This document shows, piece by piece, positions 38,365 to 48,158 of a stretch of DNA of 64,000 nt. Source of the stretch: Minisyncoccota bacterium (GTDB lineage Bacteria; Patescibacteriota; Minisyncoccia; UBA6257; GWB1-50-10); contig JAGVBU010000008.1 of the NCBI GenBank assembly GCA_020059585.1, positions 22,163-86,162 of the forward strand, read 5' to 3'. The number at the start of each line of letters is the position of its first letter. Position 1 is the first letter of the stretch. Made by a program: the position numbers and the translations under genes. Below the pieces are notes generated by a model, which saw nothing but the letters and a program-made list of their open reading frames with translations, was not told where the DNA came from and made no database searches.

Positions 38365-38733
38365 ATGTCAAAGAAACTCACTATAATTGTCGCGTCTGCG
38401 CTTGTTCTTTTGCCTGTCCTTGTGGGAGCTCAGGGAGGTGTCACGGTTCCCGACGCATCTCAAACTATTTTGGCGGGAGGGTATCAGGGAATTGCCGATA
38501 CGCTTTCCACGATCGCGAACTGGATGCTTGGTGTTCTCCTTTTACTTGCGGTAATCTTTTTCATCTATGCGGGATTTTTGTATCTCACTTCCGGTGGAGA
38601 GGAAGACAAGGTAAAGAAAGCGAAGGATTTCCTCGTGTACGGACTTATCGCCGTCGCGGTGGGACTTTTAGCGAAAGGTCTTGTTTCCGTTGTCTCAAAC
38701 CTTGTAATAGGAGGAGAGGCTCCGATAAACTAA
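38365..38733 (+). CDS. TrbC/VirB2-like pilin 3
   Basis: IYAGFLYLTSGGEEDKVKKAKDFLVYGLIA; start placed at MSKKL. Confidence 0.82.
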   Translation: MSKKLTIIVASALVLLPVLVGAQGGVTVPDASQTILAGGYQGIADTLSTIANWMLGVLLLLAVIFFIYAGFLYLTSGGEEDKVKKAKDFLVYGLIAVAVGLLAKGLVSVVSNLVIGGEAPIN

Positions 38734-38751
38734 TTTCGAATTTATCCGTCT

Positions 38752-39072
38752 ATGAAGAAATTTCTCTATATCCTGTTTTTCCCTCTTGTATTCTTTCCGC
38801 TTATTTCTTCAGCGGCGACGAGCACTATACAGGATGCTCAAGACGTCGTTGATCTCATTACAAAGATAGGAAATTGGATGTACGGGATACTTCTCGGACT
38901 TGCGGTAATATTCATCATCTTTGCGGCATACAATTTCATGACAAGCGGAGGATCTGAAGAAAAAGTGAAAGAAGCGAAAAATCAGGTTCTCTATACGCTT
39001 ATTGCCGTGGCGGTTGCGATGCTTGCGAAGGGATTTATATCGATTATTGAAAGTCTTGTGCTTACGAACTAA
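38752..39072 (+). CDS. TrbC/VirB2-like pilin 4
   Basis: IFAAYNFMTSGGSEEKVKEAKNQVLYTLIA; close paralog of pilin 3. Confidence 0.82.
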   Translation: MKKFLYILFFPLVFFPLISSAATSTIQDAQDVVDLITKIGNWMYGILLGLAVIFIIFAAYNFMTSGGSEEKVKEAKNQVLYTLIAVAVAMLAKGFISIIESLVLTN

Positions 39073-39102
39073 TTTTTGTCCGCTATTGCATTAAGACCGC
39101 GC

Positions 39103-39133
39103 GTCCGCCTCTCCGTCAGTTGGAGAGGCGGAC
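39103..39133. other. Strong hairpin between the pilin array and tRNA-Leu
   Basis: gtccgcctctcc-gtcagtt-ggagaggcggac, 12-bp stem with no U-tract. Confidence 0.6.
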
Positions 39134-39161
39134 TCGTTATACGACACAAAAAATTTATCAT

Positions 39162-39243
39162 GCCGAGGTGGCGAAACTGGCAGACGCACTAGCTTTAGGA
39201 GCTAGCACCGAAAGGTATGCGGGTTCAAATCCCGCCCTCGGCA
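39162..39243 (+). tRNA. tRNA-Leu (anticodon TAG), CCA not encoded
   Basis: GCCGAGG/CCTCGGC acceptor stem, CTAGC-TTTAGGA-GCTAG anticodon arm, long variable arm, GGTTCAAATCC. Confidence 0.95.
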
Positions 39244-39265
39244 CAATAAAAACAAAATATCCCCG

Positions 39266-40156
39266 TCACTTTTTTCTCCTTCTTCCATGAAATGCTTTAT
39301 GGATGTCTCTTAGCTCTTTGTTCGTAAGATGCGTATATATCTGCGTTGTAGAAACATTCGCGTGCCCAAGAAGAGACTGGACCGAACGGAGATCGGCGCC
39401 GTTTATAAGAAGGTCTGTCGCGAATGAGTGACGCAACTGATGAGGGTGGATTTTTTTGGGAATTCCCGCCGCGCGGGCATAAAAATCAACAAGACGCTCC
39501 ACCGAACGGGGAGTTATCCGTCCTATCACGTTTCCTGACCTGCTTAAACTTACGAAAAGCGCTTCTTCCGGATCGGTTCTTTTGTCTAGATACTTTCGAA
39601 TTGCTTTTCGCGCGCCCTCAGAGAGAAATACTACCCTAAGTTTGTCTCCTTTTCCCCGCACCGACACCTCACCTCGTTCAAGATCTATATATCGCTTAAG
39701 AGAACAGAGTTCGGAAAGACGGAGCCCCGTAGAAAAGAAGGTTTCAAGGATCGCTTTGTCGCGAAGCGCGCGAAGCGTCTCTCCTTCGGGAGCGCCTATA
39801 AGGCGTTCGAGTTCCCGGTAATCAAGCACCTCAATATCGCGTCTCGATGTTTTTGGTAGTTCTATCCTTTCCGGAGGAAGAGTTTCGTATCCTTGTTTTA
39901 TGAGATATTTAAGAAAATTTCTGATCGCGATCACGTAATATCCCTGCGTGTTTTTTTTAAGTTCTTTCCCCGACAAATGAACGCGAAAGTTTCGTACTTT
40001 TTCCGGAGTAATGTGCGAAAGTTTTCTTATTTTCTGATCCTCGAAAAACGCGAGAAGATACCTACTGTAGTTTTCGCGTGTTTTCCGAGATCTGTTTTTC
40101 TCTATCTCAAGATAATCGAGATACTGCTCAAGAAGTGTATACGCCTCTTCTTTCAT
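39266..40156 (-). CDS. XerC/XerD family tyrosine recombinase
   Basis: RDKAILETFFSTGLRLSEL, GKGDK, HPHQLRHSFAT, LLGHANVSTTQIYTH. Confidence 0.93.
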   Translation of the reverse strand: MKEEAYTLLEQYLDYLEIEKNRSRKTRENYSRYLLAFFEDQKIRKLSHITPEKVRNFRVHLSGKELKKNTQGYYVIAIRNFLKYLIKQGYETLPPERIELPKTSRRDIEVLDYRELERLIGAPEGETLRALRDKAILETFFSTGLRLSELCSLKRYIDLERGEVSVRGKGDKLRVVFLSEGARKAIRKYLDKRTDPEEALFVSLSRSGNVIGRITPRSVERLVDFYARAAGIPKKIHPHQLRHSFATDLLINGADLRSVQSLLGHANVSTTQIYTHLTNKELRDIHKAFHGRRRKK

Positions 40157-40218
40157 ATATTTGCACTATATCACATCTGTCGCACAATAATCATGGGGAG
40201 TTCTTTCCGTGAAAACTT

Positions 40219-40247
40219 TTGACAATTCCTTGGTTTTGGGGTACGAT
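40219..40247 (+). promoter_or_regulatory. Sigma70 promoter of rpsO with leaderless architecture
   Basis: TTGACA (40219), 17 bp spacer, TACGAT (40242), ATG 7 nt later. Confidence 0.75.
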
Positions 40248-40254
40248 TGACCAT

Positions 40255-40521
40255 ATGCTTTCAAAGCAAAAAAAACAGGCGGCGACTCGCGAATATAAAC
40301 GGCACGATACCGACACTGGTTCTGCCGAATTTCAAATCGCGCTCCTGACCCGTCAGATAAAAGCACTCGCGGATCATTTGAAAAAGAATTCGAAAGATAA
40401 TCATTCGCGAAGAGGCCTTCTTATGATGGTGGGGAAGCGAAGACGATTTCTTCAGTATCTTGAAAAAAATGACGAAAAAAAATACAGCTCGCTTATCAAG
40501 AAACTGAAATTAGACATGTAA
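40255..40521 (+). CDS. rpsO: 30S ribosomal protein S15
   Basis: HDTDTGSAEFQIALLT, KDNHSRRGLLMMVGKRRRFLQYL. Confidence 0.97.
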   Translation: MLSKQKKQAATREYKRHDTDTGSAEFQIALLTRQIKALADHLKKNSKDNHSRRGLLMMVGKRRRFLQYLEKNDEKKYSSLIKKLKLDM

Positions 40522-40592
40522 AGGCGAGGGCGCTCATTTTTGCTTCCCACAACGGGAAGCAAAAATTTTATCTCTTCACAAAGAACACGAAT

Positions 40593-41150
40593 ATGTATCC
40601 AAACCAACGCGTAGGCATTTTCATTGACGTCCAGAATATTTATCACTCGGCAAAAAACCTTTATCAGGCCCGAGTGAACTTCGATCATTTGATAAAAACA
40701 CTCACTAAAGATCGATTTCTCATACGAACGATCGCGTATGTCGTAAAAAGCGAAGGACTCGTGCCTCAGGAACACCCAGGGGGGGAGGAGTCTTTTTTTG
40801 ACGCGCTTCGTAAAGCGGGTATAGAACTTCGTCTCAAAGACATTCAAGTATTCCCCGGCGGAGCAAAAAAGGCCGATTGGGATGTCGGACTCGCTGTTGA
40901 CGCAATCAGGATGGGGCAAACACTTGATACCATTATTCTCGTTACGGGCGACGGGGACTTCGTTCCTCTTGTGGAATACCTGAAATGGGGTATGGGAAAA
41001 CAAATAGAGGTCGCCGCGTTTTCCCGAACGACATCGGCGCGACTCAAAGAATCCGCAGATACATTTATAGAACTTGAATCAATCCCAAAAATCCTTTTAC
41101 GTATAAGAAAAAACATAAAACAAAATAATAAAAAATATGGAACTACATAG
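40593..41150 (+). CDS. NYN domain (LabA/DUF88) protein
   Basis: IFIDVQNIY, KADWDVGLAVD, LVTGDGDFVPLV, LKESADTFI. Confidence 0.92.
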   Translation: MYPNQRVGIFIDVQNIYHSAKNLYQARVNFDHLIKTLTKDRFLIRTIAYVVKSEGLVPQEHPGGEESFFDALRKAGIELRLKDIQVFPGGAKKADWDVGLAVDAIRMGQTLDTIILVTGDGDFVPLVEYLKWGMGKQIEVAAFSRTTSARLKESADTFIELESIPKILLRIRKNIKQNNKKYGTT

Positions 41151-43188
41151 AAAAATATTTTCGACGGAAATAGACGGAACTCCCGTCTCAATCGAAGTGT
41201 CCGAACTCGCGGGACAGGCAAACGCCGCGGTTATCGGGAAGCATGGAAATACCATTGTGCTTGCTACGGTCGTTATGGGAAAAGAGGATAAAGGAGGAGA
41301 CTTCTTTCCTCTCACCGTTGATTATGAGGAACGTTTTTATGCCGCGGGGAAAATAATCGGGAGCAGATTTGTACGACGCGAGGGACGTCCTTCTGATGAG
41401 GCCACTCTCTCGGCGCGACTTATTGACCGGACCATCCGCCCTCTTTTTGATCATCGCCTTCGCAGGGAGGTGCAGGTTGTAGTCACGATACTTTCTTATG
41501 ATGAGCAGAACGATCCTGATGTGATCGGTCTTCTGGCGGCATCAACCGCGCTCCATATTTCTGATATCCCATGGAACGGTCCTGTTGCGGGAGTGCAGAC
41601 GGTAAAGAAAGACGCTTCGAATAACCTTCTCTTCAAATCATTTTTTGCGGGACCGGAACAGTATGTAAATATGATCGAATTCGAAGGAAAGGAAATAAAT
41701 GAAGCAGAAGCGACAGCGGCATTCGAAGAATCCCACGAAAAAATTAAAAAACTCGTTGCGTTTCAAAATGACATCAGGAAAGATATAGGGAAAGAAAAGA
41801 CCGAAGTATTACTCCCCGCACACGACGAGGCGTTATATCAAGAGGTATCTTCTTTTCTTGAAAAGGATCTTGGCGCGGCGTTCAAGGAAAAAAGAGTAGA
41901 TTCATTGAAACGGGCGTTATTTGATCATATCAGCGCGCACGAAACACTATGTGAAAAAATTAAAGAGGTGGAAGCGATATTCGAGCAAATTGCGGACTCA
42001 TTCGTCCATACCGAAGCGCTTGTTTATAATCGGCGCGTTGACGGAAGAGCTCTCGATGAGATACGCCCTCTTTATGCCGAAACCAGAATCTTTCCCACCA
42101 CACATGGATCAGGGCTTTTTATCCGAGGAAATACACAGGTTCTTGCGATGACCACGCTCGCGTCATCATCCGCGGAGCAACTCGTTGAGACTATGGAAAC
42201 CACGGGGAGGAAACGTTTTATGCTTCATTACAACTTTCCTAATTTCTCTGTGGGGGAAACAGGCAGATCACGCGGACCTGGGAGAAGGGAAATCGGTCAT
42301 GGCGCGCTCGCGGCAAAAGCGCTCGCGGCAATGATTCCCGACAAAGAAGAGTTTCCCTACACTATCCGAATAGTCGCGGAAACACTTTCTTCAAACGGAT
42401 CATCGTCTATGGCATCAACATGCGCATCATGCCTCTCCCTTATGGATGCGGGTGTCCCTATGAAAAAACATGTTGCGGGAATCGCAATGGGACTCATGCT
42501 TGATACTGAAAAAAATACTTATAAAATACTCACCGATATACAGGGACCCGAGGATCATTATGGAGATATGGATTTCAAAGTCGCTGGAACCGTAGATGGT
42601 ATCACCGCAATACAGATGGACGTAAAAATAAACGGCATCACGGGAACGATATTCAAGGAGGCGCTCGCGGCAGCGAAAAATGCACGTCTTCATATTATTA
42701 ACACCGTCATGCGTCCAGCACTTCCGGCCGCGCGACCGGAGGTTTCTCCTTACGCTCCGAAGATACTTACACTTGTTGTCCCTAAGGAAAAAATAGGAGA
42801 AATAATTGGACCTGGCGGACGTAACATCAACGCGGTTATCGCTGCGAGTCTCGATAAAATAACCATTGACATCGAAGAAGACGGCACCGTCTATATCGCG
42901 GGAGTAGAAAAGGAACTCGTAGAGCGGGCATATAATTCAATAAAGGCGGCGGTACGTGAATATACCGTGGGAGAAATAGTGAACGGGAAGGTGGTTCGTA
43001 TTCTCGAATTCGGAGCAATTGTCGATCTTGGAGGCGGAAGAGATGGAATGATACACGTTTCCGAACTAAAGGAGGGGTTTGTAAAAAAAGTTGAAGATGT
43101 GGTGCATATGGGAGACGAGGTGGTAGCAAAAGTAATCCGCGTCGATCCAGAGGGAAAAATAGGGCTTTCCCTAAAAAATCTCGTATAA
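41137..43188 (+). CDS. pnp: Polyribonucleotide nucleotidyltransferase
   Basis: FFPLTVDYEER, RLIDRTIRPLF, RREIGHG, SNGSSSMAS, GDMDFKVAG, KH and S1 domains. Confidence 0.97.
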   Translation: MELHRKIFSTEIDGTPVSIEVSELAGQANAAVIGKHGNTIVLATVVMGKEDKGGDFFPLTVDYEERFYAAGKIIGSRFVRREGRPSDEATLSARLIDRTIRPLFDHRLRREVQVVVTILSYDEQNDPDVIGLLAASTALHISDIPWNGPVAGVQTVKKDASNNLLFKSFFAGPEQYVNMIEFEGKEINEAEATAAFEESHEKIKKLVAFQNDIRKDIGKEKTEVLLPAHDEALYQEVSSFLEKDLGAAFKEKRVDSLKRALFDHISAHETLCEKIKEVEAIFEQIADSFVHTEALVYNRRVDGRALDEIRPLYAETRIFPTTHGSGLFIRGNTQVLAMTTLASSSAEQLVETMETTGRKRFMLHYNFPNFSVGETGRSRGPGRREIGHGALAAKALAAMIPDKEEFPYTIRIVAETLSSNGSSSMASTCASCLSLMDAGVPMKKHVAGIAMGLMLDTEKNTYKILTDIQGPEDHYGDMDFKVAGTVDGITAIQMDVKINGITGTIFKEALAAAKNARLHIINTVMRPALPAARPEVSPYAPKILTLVVPKEKIGEIIGPGGRNINAVIAASLDKITIDIEEDGTVYIAGVEKELVERAYNSIKAAVREYTVGEIVNGKVVRILEFGAIVDLGGGRDGMIHVSELKEGFVKKVEDVVHMGDEVVAKVIRVDPEGKIGLSLKNLV

Positions 43189-43209
43189 AAGATCGCAAAA
43201 TACGACATT

Positions 43210-43236
43210 AATCCCCGCGTTTCCTCGGGGATTTTT
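43210..43236 (+). terminator. Intrinsic terminator after pnp
   Basis: aatccccg-cgtttcct-cggggattttt. Confidence 0.75.
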
Positions 43237-43284
43237 GAAAATAGGAGGTGACCACGAATCCTAAATAGTATATAATGATACACA

Positions 43285-44388
43285 ATGAACGAAGGAAATA
43301 ATATGCCTCCATTGGGGAATTTCCCCGCAATAGGAGACGGAGAGGGAGAAATTCCTCTTGCAAAACAACCAAACGAAAAAGTCGATGTGCGCACGATGGC
43401 GTCAGATATCGCGTCCATACAGGAAACGGGTGGTGCCACGCCTCGCCCTTATACCCCCGGAACGAAAGAGAATCTCGGTACACTAGAAGATAAGACCGCG
43501 GAACAGCATGCGTTCGTGCAACCAACCAATCCTCCCGTACCGCCTGAGACGAATGCGCCCCAGACCCTTTCACCAGACACGGCAAAGAAAAAAAATCCAT
43601 TCGGATTAATATTGGGAATTATCGTGCTTATAGGAATTGCGGCGGGAATATATTTCTTCGTTGTTCCTATGTTCACTACTCCCCCCGAAGAGGATCTCTC
43701 AATTGTTACTGAGACGCCCCCAGAAAGTCAGATACCCCAAGAAGAACCTACGGTTCCTCCTGAAAACGAAGTTATTGTTCCAGAGACACAGGGAGACATT
43801 TCAGGAACACCTCTTCCCTCGGGACAAACGCTTGAGGTGCACGCTTCTTTTCTTAAGGATCCCGCAGATCTTGTATTCGACGCAAAACTCTCTTCTTTCG
43901 GACTCGCTGATATGATTGGCGCGCTCGAGTTTACTTCGACTTCAATCCCTGTATTTAAGGAGGTGGTATTCAAGACAATGGAGAACAAGCCCGTGTCTTT
44001 TGAATACGTCGCGTCAAGATTTTTTCCCTCGTTCTTTGTCACGGAAACTATGGAAAAATTCCAAAGCGACGGAACTGTGTTTAGCTATACCAACACAACA
44101 GGGACGTGGCTGGGAATTATCGCGAAATTGAAAGACGGAACCCCCATCGCCCCAGTGCAAGACTCTATGGCGACACTCCAGAAGAGTCCCGATCTTAAAA
44201 ATATATTTATCGTCGATCCGGGCGCGCAGGGTGCGTGGAAAGACGGAAAAATTGCGGAGAAACCAAGTTCGCTTGTTTCGTTTTCTAAAAATGGAGCGAC
44301 GCTTAGTTATACTTGGTTTGATCGTTTCCTTCTCATAGGAACAAATATAGAAGGATCGAATGAAGCGGCAAAAAGACTTGGATATTAA
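43285..44388 (+). CDS. Hypothetical single-pass membrane protein with Pro-rich linkers
   Basis: VRTMASDI N-terminal motif, central transmembrane helix, P/E-rich spacer, folded C-terminal region. Confidence 0.75.
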   Translation: MNEGNNMPPLGNFPAIGDGEGEIPLAKQPNEKVDVRTMASDIASIQETGGATPRPYTPGTKENLGTLEDKTAEQHAFVQPTNPPVPPETNAPQTLSPDTAKKKNPFGLILGIIVLIGIAAGIYFFVVPMFTTPPEEDLSIVTETPPESQIPQEEPTVPPENEVIVPETQGDISGTPLPSGQTLEVHASFLKDPADLVFDAKLSSFGLADMIGALEFTSTSIPVFKEVVFKTMENKPVSFEYVASRFFPSFFVTETMEKFQSDGTVFSYTNTTGTWLGIIAKLKDGTPIAPVQDSMATLQKSPDLKNIFIVDPGAQGAWKDGKIAEKPSSLVSFSKNGATLSYTWFDRFLLIGTNIEGSNEAAKRLGY

Positions 44389-44392
44389 AAGT

Positions 44393-44734
44393 ATGCATCT
44401 CACTAATGAAAAAATTGCGGAGTTCAAACGCATTCTCGAAGAAGAACGTGATAATATCGCGGCACAGATACAGCGCGTAGGTACCGGAATGGATTTCGGA
44501 AACGATATCGACGCGGGAGATGAAGAAACCGACGAAGCGGAGGAGATTGGAAATATGGAAGGCGTAAAATTCGTATTGGAGGAAAAATTGAAGAGCGTGA
44601 ATAGGGCTCTGGAAAAAATAGACAGTGGCTCTTATGGAATGTGTGAGACATGCAAGAAGGAAATAGAACCCGAACTTCTGAATATCGCCCCCGAATCTCA
44701 CTTGTGCAAAAACTGTAAACAGCATCCCGACTAA
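44393..44734 (+). CDS. TraR/DksA C4-type zinc finger protein
   Basis: Coiled coil with acidic tip; ALEKIDSGSYGMCETC...PESHLCKNC. Confidence 0.9.
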   Translation: MHLTNEKIAEFKRILEEERDNIAAQIQRVGTGMDFGNDIDAGDEETDEAEEIGNMEGVKFVLEEKLKSVNRALEKIDSGSYGMCETCKKEIEPELLNIAPESHLCKNCKQHPD

Positions 44735-44744
44735 CAAAAAAACA

Positions 44745-46292
44745 ATGCGGGTCGTTCCAAAAATTTTCTCTGCGGAAATAGACGGAATAGATGCCGAATG
44801 TATTGAGGTGGAGGCCGACTTAAACGTCGGCCTCCATTCTTTTAATATTGTGGGTCTCGCCGATAAAGCGGTAAGCGAGGCGAAAGAGAGGGTTAACTCC
44901 GCATTAAAAAATTCAGGAATAAAACCGCCGTCCAGAGAAAATAGAAAAATTACGATAAATCTTGCTCCCGCGGATATAAAAAAGGCAGGTTCAAGATTTG
45001 ATCTTCCTATCGCAGTCGCGTATCTTCTCGCAACGGGACAAATGCGTCCGTTTGATACGTCTGGTAAAATTTTTGTAGGAGAATTGTCTCTCGACGGAAA
45101 TGTGCGTCCTATAAACGGCGTTCTGAGTATTGCGCGTCTTGCCGCGCGTATCGGCTTTGAAGAAATATTTGTTCCATCCGAAAACTGCGCCGAAGCGGCG
45201 GTGGTGGAATCGATCCGCGCGTTTCCCGTGCGTTCACTCCAGGCGCTTCTTGATCATTTTGAATCGAGAAACACGATTAACCCCATACCCCGTCCAAATA
45301 TCGTTCCCTCCCGCCCGCCTTCAGGTGTTTCTATAGACGATATACGAGGGCAAGATGCCGCGAAACGGGCGCTTACAATTGCGGCAGCAGGAGGACACAA
45401 CATACTCCTTTCCGGACCTCCGGGAACCGGAAAAACCATGCTTGCAGAGGCACTCGCGTCAATTCTTCCCCCTCCCTCCCACGAAGAAATTCTTGAAATA
45501 ACGCAGATTCATAGTATCGCGGGATTCACCGCAAAAGACACTCCTTTTATCTACTGGAGGCCATTCCGTTCTCCGCATCACAGCGCATCAACGGTTTCCA
45601 TAATCGGAGGAGGAGCAAATCCAAAACCAGGGGAGATAAGTCTTGCACATCGCGGCATATTATTTCTTGATGAACTTCCCGAATTTCACAAGGATGTGCT
45701 TGAAAGCCTTCGACAGCCTCTTGAAGACGGCACGGTTCGTGTCGCGCGCGCGAAAAAATCAGTATCGTTTCCCGCCCGTTTTATGCTTGCCGCGGCGATG
45801 AATCCGTGTCCGTGCGGATATTTCGAGGACGCGGAAAAGGAATGCTCGTGCACCGCGCACGAAATCCTCCGCTATCAGAAAAAAATATCAGGGCCGCTTC
45901 TTGATCGCATCGACATCCAAATTCACGTACCCAGAATACCCATTGCCGATTTGCGCGTCCCAAGGGATGCAACACAAAGCACATCGCCTGCGATTGTAGG
46001 AAAGATATCCGCTGCGCGAGCGCTTCAAAGATCCCGATTTTCGTCGATAAAAATCCCGATACATTCAAATTCAGAAATGAGTTCGAAAACAGTAGACGCA
46101 ATGATTCAGCTTGATAACAGCGCCGAAACATTTCTGAAACATGCGCTTGAAAAATCTTTTATCTCTCCTCGTGGATACTACCGCGCGCTGAAAGTGGCGC
46201 AGACAATAGCAGATATTGACGGAGCGCCCTCAATAAAAAAAGAGCACCTTGCGGAGGCGTTCCATTACAGGCTGAAAACGGAAACGTACTGA
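44745..46292 (+). CDS. comM: YifB/ComM Mg-chelatase-like AAA+ ATPase
   Basis: ITINLAPADIKKAGSRFDLPIA, GPPGTGKTML, PFRSPHHSAS, PGEISLAHRGILFLDELPEF, AMNPCPCG. Confidence 0.93.
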   Translation: MRVVPKIFSAEIDGIDAECIEVEADLNVGLHSFNIVGLADKAVSEAKERVNSALKNSGIKPPSRENRKITINLAPADIKKAGSRFDLPIAVAYLLATGQMRPFDTSGKIFVGELSLDGNVRPINGVLSIARLAARIGFEEIFVPSENCAEAAVVESIRAFPVRSLQALLDHFESRNTINPIPRPNIVPSRPPSGVSIDDIRGQDAAKRALTIAAAGGHNILLSGPPGTGKTMLAEALASILPPPSHEEILEITQIHSIAGFTAKDTPFIYWRPFRSPHHSASTVSIIGGGANPKPGEISLAHRGILFLDELPEFHKDVLESLRQPLEDGTVRVARAKKSVSFPARFMLAAAMNPCPCGYFEDAEKECSCTAHEILRYQKKISGPLLDRIDIQIHVPRIPIADLRVPRDATQSTSPAIVGKISAARALQRSRFSSIKIPIHSNSEMSSKTVDAMIQLDNSAETFLKHALEKSFISPRGYYRALKVAQTIADIDGAPSIKKEHLAEAFHYRLKTETY

Positions 46293-46298
46293 CATGAT

Positions 46299-47282
46299 CT
46301 ACTGAAGCGCGAAAGGATTTTTCGCGCCAAGAACCTCGAAATGCACATGACATCCAGTCACTCCCTCTGTATTTCCGGTATTTCCCAATAGAGCTATTTT
46401 CGATCCTTGCGCCACCACATCACCAACACTCACAAGGTTTTTTGAAGTGTGCGCATATCGCGTGCGAATCCCATTTTCGTGTTCTATAAGAATAAAGTTT
46501 CCATATCCGCTGTTCCATGAATCATCGGAAGATTCATCAACTATCACTCCCGCTGCCGACGCAAATACCGGAGTGCCACACGCGTTCGCGATATCTACCG
46601 CATTCGTCTCGTGAAGTTTTCCCCAATTCCATCCTTTTGCCGGAAGTGTGAAAAATCCTCTGAGCGTGGGGAGTCCTTCTTCCGTTTCTCCCTCGCGTAG
46701 TACTATTCCTTTTTCTTCCGCATCGGGTATTACAATAAACGCGCCCGGAGTTTCAAAAATCTTCTCATATCCCGCGTTGAATGATTTTATTGCCTCCGCG
46801 TTCACCCTGAAAGAACGCGCCACCTCATACAATGAATCTTCCGTGCGTATCCGATAGAGAATCCCCGAGACCGGAGGTATGGGAATCTCCTTTTTCTCCT
46901 CCAACAATTCACTTCCCTCGTTTGCGGATATGATCGTCTCCGCGCTTACTCCAAATTGCGCGGCAACAGACGCAAGAGTGTCTCCCTTTCGTATTTTATA
47001 CATCTTCATGTCGCGCCGTTTCTGATTTTCTTCCGGTACCGCGCGCGATATCCCCGTCAACGTATCACGATATATCACGTCATCAATAGGTGCGGCAGCA
47101 TATTCATTCATCGACATCGCGTCCGCTTGGGGGCCAAAAAATTCCGAAATAGGTCCGCCGGATCCCCATGAAGCGGAGGTGCTTATATATCCCGAAAAAC
47201 CCCCCTCGGGACGGACAAAAAGAACCGAAAATATCAGTGTTCCCCCAAGAAAAAACAAGGACCACCATTCAGTCGTCTTCAA
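46299..47282 (-). CDS. LysM domain M23 family peptidase
   Basis: YKIRKGDTLASVA LysM repeats; AVDIANACGTPV, GYGN, TRYAH, GNTG..TGCHVHFEV. Confidence 0.9.
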   Translation of the reverse strand: MKTTEWWSLFFLGGTLIFSVLFVRPEGGFSGYISTSASWGSGGPISEFFGPQADAMSMNEYAAAPIDDVIYRDTLTGISRAVPEENQKRRDMKMYKIRKGDTLASVAAQFGVSAETIISANEGSELLEEKKEIPIPPVSGILYRIRTEDSLYEVARSFRVNAEAIKSFNAGYEKIFETPGAFIVIPDAEEKGIVLREGETEEGLPTLRGFFTLPAKGWNWGKLHETNAVDIANACGTPVFASAAGVIVDESSDDSWNSGYGNFILIEHENGIRTRYAHTSKNLVSVGDVVAQGSKIALLGNTGNTEGVTGCHVHFEVLGAKNPFALQ

Positions 47283-47360
47283 TAGCCCGCGTATGTGTTC
47301 TTCTATCTTACGAATACCTTCACGCTACCATAATATCGGAAAATCCTCAATAATAAGGAA

Positions 47361-48140
47361 ATGGGAAGAAAACTTGGACAGCATTTTCTCAAAAACAACG
47401 CCATTCTCGATTCTGTCGCGTCGTCGATCGATATTTCCGGAAAATCGACAATTATCGAGATAGGGCCGGGACATGGGGAGCTGACCGAAAGAATAAAAAT
47501 CCGCCTTCTTAAGGAAGATCCGCAAAAGAAGATTAAGATCGTCGCGATAGAGAAGGATCCTTTTCTTGCCGCGGAGCTTCAAAAAAAGTTTGCAAATGAA
47601 AAACACGTCACCGTTATATGCGGCGACGCGCGAAGCGAATTGAAAAAAATTGCCGATCTAATTTCCACAGAGTACGTTGTTTTGGGAAACATACCGTATT
47701 ACATAACCGGATACATCTTCCGCATTATAGGATCACTCCGCAAAAAGCCGGCGCAGGTGCTCTTTGTGATACAAAAAGAGGTAGCTGAACGCATCGTCGC
47801 AAATCCGCCGAGAATGAATCTTCTCGCGGCGTGCGTTCAGGTGTGGGCATCTCCCGCAATAAAAAAGATAATATCCAAAAAAGAATTTTCACCTCCTCCA
47901 AAGGTGGATTCGGCATTTATCGAACTCTCCGCGAAAGAAATACACGTCCCCGATTCCTATTATCAGACCGCGAAAATCATATTCACTCACCCGAGGAAAA
48001 CACTTCTCAATAATCTTTCATTAAAAATATCCAAAGAAGAAACCGAGGCGTATATGAAAGAACTCGGCATCTCCCCGCGCGCGAGACCTCAGGACATCTC
48101 TATCGCGCAAATATTCCAACTTACAGAAAAAATAAAATAG
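47361..48140 (+). CDS. rsmA: 16S rRNA adenine dimethyltransferase
   Basis: LGQHFL, IEIGPGHGELT, GNIPYYIT, QKEVAERI, FSPPPKVDSA. Confidence 0.96.
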   Translation: MGRKLGQHFLKNNAILDSVASSIDISGKSTIIEIGPGHGELTERIKIRLLKEDPQKKIKIVAIEKDPFLAAELQKKFANEKHVTVICGDARSELKKIADLISTEYVVLGNIPYYITGYIFRIIGSLRKKPAQVLFVIQKEVAERIVANPPRMNLLAACVQVWASPAIKKIISKKEFSPPPKVDSAFIELSAKEIHVPDSYYQTAKIIFTHPRKTLLNNLSLKISKEETEAYMKELGISPRARPQDISIAQIFQLTEKIK

Positions 48141-48158
48141 AGTACAATAAAAACATCT

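Noticed and set aside
39162-40156. Tyrosine recombinase next to tRNA-Leu as the integrase of a prophage or island
   Set aside because: The protein is XerC/D-sized and XerC/D-like, is followed by core genes (rpsO, pnp), and I found no duplicated tRNA 3' end or phage genes.
40537-40567. Palindrome after rpsO as a novel ncRNA
   Set aside because: Adequately explained as a terminator or processing stem between rpsO and the NYN-pnp genes; nothing else supports a separate RNA.
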